Positions 40,403 to 48,184 of a stretch of 64,000 nt of DNA are shown here, piece by piece. The stretch spans positions 16,244 to 80,243 of the forward strand of contig DAOSEM010000006.1 of the NCBI GenBank assembly GCA_035363115.1. Direction: 5' to 3'. This DNA comes from Syntrophales bacterium (GTDB lineage Bacteria; Desulfobacterota; Syntrophia; Syntrophales; PHBD01). Position 1 is the stretch's first letter, and each line of letters begins with the position of its first letter. The notes below the pieces were generated by a model. It saw nothing but the letters and a program-made list of their open reading frames with translations, searched no databases and had not been told where the DNA came from. A program made the position numbers and the translations under genes.

Positions 40403-41484
40403 TCATCCGCCTCCTTATGGAACGTGTGCGACGAACGGCATGCCGTGCCGATCCTGACGCGGACCGGGATCTCCGTCTCCGTGAGGGGCTGTCCGAATCC
40501 GCGGGTATAAATGCTGTCAATGCCGGGTCGCTTCATGTTCCAGACGATGTCATCGTCGAAGCGGACCCGGTCCCGCTCGAAAAGAAGCACCACGGTGCTG
40601 CTGCCGGGGCGGAAGAGGCTTTTCGGGCGGCCCCGTTTCAGGAACCGGTCCGCACCGACGGACAGGGGAGCGTTGTATCGCTCCTCGCTGTAACACTGGA
40701 CGATGTCCCCGATCATCAGGGCGACGACCTCGATCATGGCCACCTTGCCCGCTCCGGTCCCGCCGGGCACGTCCGTGTCGATGACGGTGACGACCCTTTT
40801 GTTTTTCGAGAAGGGGCGCACCACGGAGACGACCGCCTCGGGATGGCAGGCGTGGTAATGCCCTTCGAGCGGATAGACGTCCAGGACCGTTCCCGCCGCC
40901 GGGACATGATTGTAGTGATACTTGTCCGGGGTGAGCCGGAAAACGGCGAAGGATCCCCCCTCGAAGGTCTCCCGCCATCGCCGCTTTCCCAGCAGCTCCT
41001 CCAGGTCGAAGAACTTGCCCTTGATGAAGAGACTGGAGTTCTCGTCGAGGGATCCCACCAGCATTCTCGAATCGGCCGGTGAAACGACGGCGGCGGGATC
41101 GTTCGGCGTCGGTCGGCACTCCCAGTAGCGGATCTTCCGCTCGAAGATTTTTTTCGGCGTATCGAGCCGGAGGGGCGGATCGAGGCATTCCCGCGGATCG
41201 ATTCCGGCTCTTTTCATGAATTCCTCCGGATCGGCCAGTCTCCCGGTCAGGAATCCCTCGTAGTTGAAGAATCCCAGGAGCGACGACATGCGCCGGCCCG
41301 TCAGGGCGCGGAACAGGAAGGGAGCATGCTCCCGGAGGGGCGAATAGAGAAAACGAATGACCCGGTCTCCATAGAGTCTCTCCGCCTGAACGGCGCGGCT
41401 GTCCCGGTCAATATACTGATGCGACGGGGACGGACTCGGGGTCGAAAGGGTCCACCAGGGGCTGGTCATGCAGTTTGTCTTCAT
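40399..41484 (-). CDS. psd: Phosphatidylserine decarboxylase family proenzyme (long, clostridial-type N-terminus)
   Basis: RPGSSTVVLLFE contains the G-S self-cleavage site, and the N-terminus reads YIDRDS...ERLYGDRVIRFLYS. The start is uncertain; the conserved N-terminus forces an overlap with the upstream gene's 3' end. Confidence 0.78.
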   Translation of the reverse strand: MKTNCMTSPWWTLSTPSPSPSHQYIDRDSRAVQAERLYGDRVIRFLYSPLREHAPFLFRALTGRRMSSLLGFFNYEGFLTGRLADPEEFMKRAGIDPRECLDPPLRLDTPKKIFERKIRYWECRPTPNDPAAVVSPADSRMLVGSLDENSSLFIKGKFFDLEELLGKRRWRETFEGGSFAVFRLTPDKYHYNHVPAAGTVLDVYPLEGHYHACHPEAVVSVVRPFSKNKRVVTVIDTDVPGGTGAGKVAMIEVVALMIGDIVQCYSEERYNAPLSVGADRFLKRGRPKSLFRPGSSTVVLLFERDRVRFDDDIVWNMKRPGIDSIYTRGFGQPLTETEIPVRVRIGTACRSSHTFHKEADE

Positions 41485-43867
41485 GGATCACAACCATCAT
41501 TAAGAATAAGAGTTTCAGCAGAACGGGTTCCGGGGCCTTCTCTTCCAGAACGCTCCGCCGCGCCAGATCCAGATATTCCAGCGGATCCCCGTTTCCCAGG
41601 ACGGCCCGCAGGGCCTCCCCGGATCCGGGCCTGAGAGGCCGGTCGGCCGCGCCCAGCGCCGCGACCTTCTCCTCCAGGAACCGGAAGGCCTCCGTCATGT
41701 GGCGGCCCCGCAGGTCCTGCCGGTAATAGGCCTCCGCGGCCCGATTGAAATCGCCCGCCGGCATGGCCAGCGGATGGGGGGCCTGCTTCCCCTTGAGGAC
41801 GGCCCGGGTGATCTTTCCCGCCGCCCCCAGCCGCTCCGGGTCCTCCAGGCGTCGCTCCAGGTCAAGGATGGTTTCCTCGAATCCCAGCATTTCGATCAGG
41901 TCCGCCGCTTCCTCCCGGAGGACGTTCACCAGGGCTCTCCGGTACTCCAGGTTGTGGACCCGGATGTATCCCGGATACCGCCGGCTGGGGCGGGTCCTCT
42001 CCGTGCGGGCGAGAATCGCCATGAGAAACCGGTTGGCGCTGTCCTGGCGAACGAAGAACGTCGGAATGCCGATGGCGGCGCCGAATAGGATCTGCCGGCG
42101 TTCACTCTCGATGACGGGCGAATCGGGAATCCGGTCGTGGGTAACCATTCCCCCGGCGATGTATTTAAAGGCGAGACAATACAGCAGGTTCTGGAGATTG
42201 ATCGCCCGGGCGGCGTCCTCCTCGAAGCTCTCGAAGAGGCTGTAATGCCGGGCCTCGAACCCGGAAAACCCCATCACATTGAACTCACGGAGCTTTTCCA
42301 GAAGGTAGAGGGACATCTTCGTGTCAAAGACGCCCAGGTCCTGGAGGTCGCGCTTCAGGCGCTCGCCATTGTGAAGCCGCCCGTCCAGGGCGGGGCTCCG
42401 CTCGGTGCTCAGGATCACCACCAGGTAATCGATCAGGCGGTAGTCTGGAATGAAGTCTCCCTTCAGGGAGAAGAGCCCGCGCAGGAAACGGTCCAGCCAC
42501 AGGGGGCCGAAGGGGGTGACGGGACGGCCTAACACCCGGATGCCGGCCTTCTTCTGCCAACGCCGCCAGAGCATCCGCAGATGGGTGTAGTCGAGCTCGT
42601 GGGGAAGGAATCCCAGGGCCTTTTCGGGGTGAAAATCAAGAAAATCCATCCGGTAGGGAGCGGCGCTGTATGTTCCTACGAACAGAGGAAGAAAGTGCTC
42701 GACGATTTTGACGGCGAGGTCCCCCAGGTACTTTTCACAGGCGGCATGGAAGCCGGAGGATGGATCCGCCATGGCGGCGCCGATCCGTCGGCTTCCCATG
42801 CTGACATGGGTACCGTTGTTGGCGAGGCTTACGTTTGAGGTGTTGGGGAGCGTCACGAGATTGCTGGTCACGACGCCCGCCTCGCGAAGCTTTCCCACCG
42901 CGTTGAGCTGGCTGCGGCTGAGCACCCGGTGGCACAGGTGCATGTACTGGTGCTTTTCCTCTCCCCTGCTCCATCCGGAAAGGCAGGGACTCATGAACAG
43001 CTCGCGGTAGAAGGCGTCGGAGATGCAGTCGTTCAGCCTTTTCTGGCGGATCGGCGGATGCGGCGAATAGAACAGCATGGCCTTCTGCCCGCCGGAGGTC
43101 AGGCCGAACCTCTCGTTGGCGAACTGGACGAGAAGCTGCGTGAAGAGGTACCGGACGGCCATTTCCGCGGCAACGGCCCGGCCCATGCCCTCTTCCGGCC
43201 GCAGGGCGGTGATGGAAAAGGAAAAGGTCTCCGGCGACGTGTTGTCGTTCAGGAAATGATCCAGGAGCGCCAGCCCGGTCTCACGGACCGGTCCGGGCAG
43301 GTCCCTTCCCGAATCCATCGCCTCCGCCAGCGCCAGCTTCAGCAGGTAGCTCACGGGCACCCGGAGTTCCTGCCGGTTCCGGTGCACACAGACAAACCGG
43401 TCCGCGTCGCTTCGGTTTCCCAGGGAGGGATTCTCCTTGTCCGCCAGGAGATCCCGCTGCCAGACCCTCCAGGCGAACGGCCCGAGGGAGTCGGCGGGGA
43501 AGCCGACCCAGCTGTTTTCCCACAACTGATCCGTCCCGGAATCCAGGTAGCTCTCCAGGTCCGTGACCACCCTCTTCTTCGTGTCCCCGGCGGCGGCCCG
43601 GCGGAGCATGTTGGTGAAATAATTGGAGGCCTCGATGGTCAGCGGCAGATCCACGTTGCTTCTCTGGCCGACCACGGCGGCCTGGAGCTCCGTCTCGCTT
43701 CCCGCCGTTGCATCGTAGCGGGCGAACGGAAGTGTCTCGACGTCCGTTCCGTTCACACCGGTGCGGACGCCCAGCATGGCCGTCATGCGGGCCTGCGACG
43801 GGATGCCGCTCGGTTCCTGGTCGATTTGAAAAACCTTGACGCCCGTGCTGTTCTGAAAACGGCTCAT
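41408..43867 (-). CDS. Large (819 aa) soluble protein of unknown function
   Basis: Uninterrupted ORF with balanced, non-shadow amino-acid composition. ATG at 43865-43867 is preceded by GCAGGAGGAG. I see no TM helix, signal peptide or recognisable catalytic motif. Confidence 0.8.
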   Translation of the reverse strand: MSRFQNSTGVKVFQIDQEPSGIPSQARMTAMLGVRTGVNGTDVETLPFARYDATAGSETELQAAVVGQRSNVDLPLTIEASNYFTNMLRRAAAGDTKKRVVTDLESYLDSGTDQLWENSWVGFPADSLGPFAWRVWQRDLLADKENPSLGNRSDADRFVCVHRNRQELRVPVSYLLKLALAEAMDSGRDLPGPVRETGLALLDHFLNDNTSPETFSFSITALRPEEGMGRAVAAEMAVRYLFTQLLVQFANERFGLTSGGQKAMLFYSPHPPIRQKRLNDCISDAFYRELFMSPCLSGWSRGEEKHQYMHLCHRVLSRSQLNAVGKLREAGVVTSNLVTLPNTSNVSLANNGTHVSMGSRRIGAAMADPSSGFHAACEKYLGDLAVKIVEHFLPLFVGTYSAAPYRMDFLDFHPEKALGFLPHELDYTHLRMLWRRWQKKAGIRVLGRPVTPFGPLWLDRFLRGLFSLKGDFIPDYRLIDYLVVILSTERSPALDGRLHNGERLKRDLQDLGVFDTKMSLYLLEKLREFNVMGFSGFEARHYSLFESFEEDAARAINLQNLLYCLAFKYIAGGMVTHDRIPDSPVIESERRQILFGAAIGIPTFFVRQDSANRFLMAILARTERTRPSRRYPGYIRVHNLEYRRALVNVLREEAADLIEMLGFEETILDLERRLEDPERLGAAGKITRAVLKGKQAPHPLAMPAGDFNRAAEAYYRQDLRGRHMTEAFRFLEEKVAALGAADRPLRPGSGEALRAVLGNGDPLEYLDLARRSVLEEKAPEPVLLKLLFLMMVVIHEDKLHDQPLVDPFDPESVPVASVY

Positions 43868-43893
43868 GACTCCTCCTGCATCGGTTGCGGGAA

Positions 43894-43926
43894 CCCTACA
43901 GAAGAAATGTGACAGGTCGATGAAGG
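43894..43926 (-). promoter_or_regulatory. Candidate Pho box plus -10 for the 819-aa gene operon
   Basis: The minus strand reads CCTTCAT cgac CTGTCAC atttcttc TGTAGGG. It ends about 25 nt before the RBS. Confidence 0.5.
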
Positions 43927-43972
43927 CCAGGCGTCTTTCCTGTGAAATCTATGGGTTGCCGCGTGGCCGCAC

Positions 43973-44027
43973 ACGTCACCAACCTTTCATCCCCCTGTCA
44001 TCCTCACGAGACAATTCTTCCATACAC
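43973..44027 (+). promoter_or_regulatory. Candidate double Pho box plus -10 for the HAD-phosphodiesterase gene
   Basis: ACGTCAC caac CTTTCAT cccc CTGTCAT cctc ACGAGAC aattcttc CATACAC. The first 33 nt are 29/33 identical to the pstS promoter site at 58136. Confidence 0.65.
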
Positions 44028-44143
44028 TGGATCCCGTCATTACCTCGCCGGACGCAACGGACGAACGGACCGTGACTCCCTGGGAGTCTCGACGACATCC
44101 GTGCGAACCCGTGCAGAACAAGGAAAAGGAGAACCATTTCGAA

Positions 44144-45628
44144 ATGAGTTCCTGGATGCAGAGACTGTCCCGGCATTACGAGCGGATGCGCGGCCGCCAC
44201 CCTGATGACGAGGTCATGATCCTCTTCGACATCGACGGCACGATCCTCGACTCCCGCTATATGATTCACCACACCCTCCAGTCCTACGACCGGGTGAACG
44301 GCACGGACTGGTTTGCGGATCTTGCCGTCGAGGATGTTACGGCCAGCGAGAGCCAGGTGGAGCAGCTTCTGGAATCGATGGGCATCCACAGTGCTTTGCA
44401 GGAGGGCATCCTGGCCTGGTACACGGAGCGGTGCTGGACACAGGACAATATCCTGCGATCCCATCGCCCTTTTGCAGGGGTCATGGACGTCATCCGCTGG
44501 TTCGAGATCCAGCCCCGGACCCACGTAGGTCTCAACACCGGCCGCCCCGAGCAGATCAGGCAGGAAACGCTGCTTTCGCTCAACAATATCGGCAGGGAAT
44601 ACAAGGTGAGGTTCCTGAGCGAACACCTATTCATGAACCGGCGCGGCTGGAACGAGGGGATCCTGGAGGAAAAGGCGGAGGGCATTCGCCATTTCCAGGG
44701 AAAAGGATACCGCGTGATCGCGTTTGTGGACAACGAACCGGAAAATCTGCAGGCGGTCGCAGAATTGGGCAACGACGAGATCCTGCTCCTGCACGCCCGC
44801 ACAATCTTCCGCTCCCGGCGCGATCAGCTCCCGTTGCGGACAGTGGAGGGCCGGGCTTACGACATCACGGATCTGGTACCGGAAAAATCGCTTCCGAGGC
44901 ACGTTCAGTTCGTCTGGCACGGCGTGAACGACGAGGCCAACCTGAGGCAGTTCATGGCCTCCGGCATCGAGTGGGCCGAATGCGACGTGCGTTTCGATCC
45001 GGACGGCGAGCGGGTTATCCTGCGCAACGACTCCTTCCGGGAAACGCCGTCCGATCCCGACGAGACGTTCATCCGACTCGAGAATATCCTCGAAAAATGC
45101 CGGGAAGGAGGGAAATCCCTCAAACTGGACCTGAAGGAAAACGGGCACCTGCTTGACCGCGTCCTCACGATCCTGAGAAACACGGGCATGCCGACGCACC
45201 GCGTTTGGTTCAACGGGACCGTCGAGATGCTGCAGAAAGAAGGTTTCCGCAAGCTTTCGGAGGCGTTCCCGGGATCCGTCATCCAGTGCCCCGTCGATTT
45301 TCTCGTTCCCCTCATCATTGGCGCCCCGACCCGGGCACTGTCCGTCCTGGACACCCTTCACGGCTGGGGCATCAACCGTTTCTCCGTCAACTGGAGGGCG
45401 TCCGAGAAGCACGACATCATCGACAGGCTGGAGAAGTGGGGCTACGAATTGAACATCTACAATGTGCCCGACCTCGAAGCATTCCTCAAGGCCGTCGTGC
45501 TGCTCCCCCGGTCGGTCACATCGGACTTCAACTTCCCGAAATGGCACTACTACGGACGGGGCCCCGGACCCGGGCAGAGGCATTTTGAATATTCCATCGT
45601 CCATGCACCGGAGATTCCGGCCTTCTGA
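44144..45628 (+). CDS. Fusion protein: N-terminal HAD phosphatase plus C-terminal PLC-like/GDPD-like (DUF2181/FAM151-like) phosphodiesterase domain
   Basis: ATG at 44144 follows AAGGAAAAGGAG. HAD motifs are ILFDIDGTILD, GLNTGRP and FVDNEPEN. The C-terminal FVWHGVND...GIEWAECDVRFDPDGERVILRND resembles the H...E.DV...D pattern of GDPD/PI-PLC-like barrels. The domain calls are from memory. Confidence 0.7.
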   Translation: MSSWMQRLSRHYERMRGRHPDDEVMILFDIDGTILDSRYMIHHTLQSYDRVNGTDWFADLAVEDVTASESQVEQLLESMGIHSALQEGILAWYTERCWTQDNILRSHRPFAGVMDVIRWFEIQPRTHVGLNTGRPEQIRQETLLSLNNIGREYKVRFLSEHLFMNRRGWNEGILEEKAEGIRHFQGKGYRVIAFVDNEPENLQAVAELGNDEILLLHARTIFRSRRDQLPLRTVEGRAYDITDLVPEKSLPRHVQFVWHGVNDEANLRQFMASGIEWAECDVRFDPDGERVILRNDSFRETPSDPDETFIRLENILEKCREGGKSLKLDLKENGHLLDRVLTILRNTGMPTHRVWFNGTVEMLQKEGFRKLSEAFPGSVIQCPVDFLVPLIIGAPTRALSVLDTLHGWGINRFSVNWRASEKHDIIDRLEKWGYELNIYNVPDLEAFLKAVVLLPRSVTSDFNFPKWHYYGRGPGPGQRHFEYSIVHAPEIPAF

Positions 45629-45811
45629 GCGCGAGGTCCATCCTGCAAACGGATCCTTCCGTCGAAACCCGCCTTCCGGCGCCGCCCCGACCGACCTTCC
45701 GGCCGTTTCTCCGGATCTCATCCACCCCGGGCATCCCGGGACGACTTCCCGCGCGGACGGTCCTGCGGGTCTGTCCGCTTCATCCCTTCAACCGAGGAGG
45801 AACATGATTCC

Positions 45812-47116
45812 ATGGTAAAATTGTTTGTTCTCGACACGAACGTGCTGCTCCACAACCCGGGATCCCTCTTTTCCTTCGAGGACAATGAGGTCGTCATCCC
45901 CATCGCGGTCATCGAGGAGATCGACAACCAGAAGCGCAGGCAGGATGAAATCGGGCGCAACGCCCGCGTCGTGTCCCAGGAGCTTGACAAAATGCGCGGG
46001 TCGGGATGCCTTTCCACAGGCATTCCGCTTCCCCGGGGAGGACGGCTGCGCATCGAACTCAACCACCAGGAATGCTGCGAAGAATTCCCACCCGGTTTCG
46101 ACCCCCGCAAGACGGACAACCGGATTCTTTCCGTGGCCTGGAGCCTGAACCGGGACTTCCCGGGGCGGGTCTTCCTGGTCTCGAAGGACCTCAACCTGCG
46201 CGTCAAATCCGACGTCCTGGGCATCCCGGCCCAGGATTTCTACGGCGACAAGATCAACTACCATGAGCTCTATACGGGATGGGGCATGGCGGATGTGACG
46301 TCGGAAGAGCTCGATACCTTCTTCCGGGAAGGACACCTCGAAATGAACGGCCGCGGTCCCGGCCGGCCCAACCAGTTCTTCGTGCTGAAAGACCCCGTCT
46401 CCCCTTCCCGGTCGGCGCTGTCGCGCTTTTTCCGCGGAGAGCTGCGGCCGCTGGTCCACGGGGAAAGCACGAACCAGGGCATCAAGGCGCGCAACAAGGA
46501 ACAGCGGTTCGCCCTGGAGCTGCTGCTCAACGACCAGGTCCGGGTGGCGACCCTCGTGGGACTCGCCGGAACGGGAAAGACGCTCCTGGCCATCGCCGTC
46601 GGCCTTGAGAAGGTCATGGAACAGAAGGCCTATGCGCGCCTGCTGATCACCCGTCCCGTCATTCCGCTCGGCAACGACCTGGGATTTCTCCCGGGCTCCA
46701 AGGAAGAGAAGCTCAGGCCCTGGATGCAGCCCATCTACGACAACCTGGAGTTCATCTTCAGCAACAACCAGGAGCCGCACCGGATCATCGAGCACATCAT
46801 GGACCGCGGCCTCCTCGAGATGGAGGCCCTGGCCTATATCCGGGGGCGGAGCATCCCCAGGCAGTTCATCATCTGCGACGAAGCGCAGAACCTGACCCCG
46901 CACATGATCAAAACGCTGATCACCCGTGTGGGCGAAGGCACGAAGATCGTCTTCACGGGCGACCCGGAACAGATCGACCACCCCTATCTCGACTCCAGCA
47001 GCAACGGCCTGAGTTATCTCGTGGAGCACTTAAAGGACGAGGAGATCGCCGGCCATGTCACCCTCGTCAAGGGGGAGCGCTCCCAGGTGGCGGAGATGGG
47101 GGCACGGCTCCTGTAG
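45812..47116 (+). CDS. PIN-domain plus PhoH-like ATPase (PhoH2/YlaK family)
   Basis: The N-terminus FVLDTNVLLH...VIPIAVIEEID is a PIN domain. [11 protein letters not shown] is the Walker A, and IICDEAQN and TGDPEQID are present. Confidence 0.9.
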   Translation: MVKLFVLDTNVLLHNPGSLFSFEDNEVVIPIAVIEEIDNQKRRQDEIGRNARVVSQELDKMRGSGCLSTGIPLPRGGRLRIELNHQECCEEFPPGFDPRKTDNRILSVAWSLNRDFPGRVFLVSKDLNLRVKSDVLGIPAQDFYGDKINYHELYTGWGMADVTSEELDTFFREGHLEMNGRGPGRPNQFFVLKDPVSPSRSALSRFFRGELRPLVHGESTNQGIKARNKEQRFALELLLNDQVRVATLVGLAGTGKTLLAIAVGLEKVMEQKAYARLLITRPVIPLGNDLGFLPGSKEEKLRPWMQPIYDNLEFIFSNNQEPHRIIEHIMDRGLLEMEALAYIRGRSIPRQFIICDEAQNLTPHMIKTLITRVGEGTKIVFTGDPEQIDHPYLDSSSNGLSYLVEHLKDEEIAGHVTLVKGERSQVAEMGARLL

Positions 47117-47260
47117 GGGAGGCGGCAGGGGACGGGAGGAGGGAAACGCCCGGCGGGCCGTGTCCGGAACCTGTGCCGCCGGCCGTCCGCGGAACCCGAA
47201 CCGGCTTGGGGAGTTCCAGCCTCGCCCCCGGCGGCCCGACGACGCCGCTCCGGAGTCCGG

Positions 47261-48184
47261 TCATGCGCACAGGTTTTGCAGGATTGCCTTCAGGTTGTCC
47301 ACGGACTCTCCCGTGTATTCGAAATAGCGGCTTCGCAGCTCCGAGATCAGGAGGCCGTCGTACGAGCCGGCAAAGGTCTTCAGGATCGCCTCGAAGGGGA
47401 TTCCGCCCCAGCCCACGGGCATATGGAGGTCGCCGCGTCCGAAGGGGACGAGATGGGTCTGCTGCTTTTCCGTGTAGTAGACGGGATGGCCGAAATTGTC
47501 GTGGATGTGCACGTGGCCGATGAATTCCCGGATCGCCGCCGTCTCTTCGACGGGATCGAAACCGTAGTGCGCCGCCGCCAGGAAGAGATGGCCGACGTCC
47601 AGGGTGATGCGGACATTCGGCCTGGCGACGCGGACGACCTGATCCAGGAGCACCCGGGGCTGCTCGGCGTAGCAGTACGGGGAATGGTACAGGTAGGGCC
47701 GCGCGTTCTCGATGCAGATGCAGACGGCGGGAAATTCGTCGGCGAGATCCCGGAGGGTCCGGGCCTCCCGTTCGAGCAGATCCCGTCTTTCCTCCTCCGA
47801 CAGCATCCGGCAGCCGGGAATGGCGAACTGCTCCTCGGACACGTACCGGCCGGCATGATAGACCGCCACACCGGCGCCGATCTCCGAGGCAAACTCCAGG
47901 CTGGACCGGAACACCCGTTCATGGAGATCCCGGTTGTCTTCGTCCATCAGGTTGAGCGGATTGGGCGTGTGAACGCTGTATGCAAACCCGTAATCCCATA
48001 GGATTGCCTTCATTTCCTCGAGCCGCCCGCGATGGAGGCGCCCGTGAACGACGGCGTCAAGTCCGTGAACGGGCAACTCCACCGCCTCCAGCCCCAGAGC
48101 GGCAAATTCGTCGAGGTCGCGGCGGAGCTTCTCCGGTTGCCCGTCGACCCGAATCTCGTCAATCTTGCTTCCCGTTTCAAGCAT
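47261..48184 (-). CDS. Xylose-isomerase-like TIM-barrel protein (sugar phosphate isomerase/epimerase / endonuclease-IV superfamily), last gene of the phn operon
   Basis: 307 aa; AVELPVHG...SVHTP...VYHAG...CIENA...LDVGHL...HIHDN is the typical metal-ligand pattern. The ATG at 48182-48184 overlaps the phnM 3' end by 8 nt. Confidence 0.82.
   Translation of the reverse strand: MLETGSKIDEIRVDGQPEKLRRDLDEFAALGLEAVELPVHGLDAVVHGRLHRGRLEEMKAILWDYGFAYSVHTPNPLNLMDEDNRDLHERVFRSSLEFASEIGAGVAVYHAGRYVSEEQFAIPGCRMLSEEERRDLLEREARTLRDLADEFPAVCICIENARPYLYHSPYCYAEQPRVLLDQVVRVARPNVRITLDVGHLFLAAAHYGFDPVEETAAIREFIGHVHIHDNFGHPVYYTEKQQTHLVPFGRGDLHMPVGWGGIPFEAILKTFAGSYDGLLISELRSRYFEYTGESVDNLKAILQNLCA

Noticed and set aside
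40399-41484. Treating the PSD-type gene as proof of a novel lipid pathway
   Set aside because: It has the normal long-form PSD N-terminus and the GS cleavage site, and could simply be the housekeeping psd. Only its operon context is unusual, so the novelty claim is kept at the level of the cluster hypothesis.
45629-45811. A Pho box upstream of the PIN-PhoH gene
   Set aside because: Only a weak CTGTCCGcttCATCCCT is present. It lacks the 11-bp repeated register and the downstream nnTAnnn spacing seen at the other sites, so it was not called.
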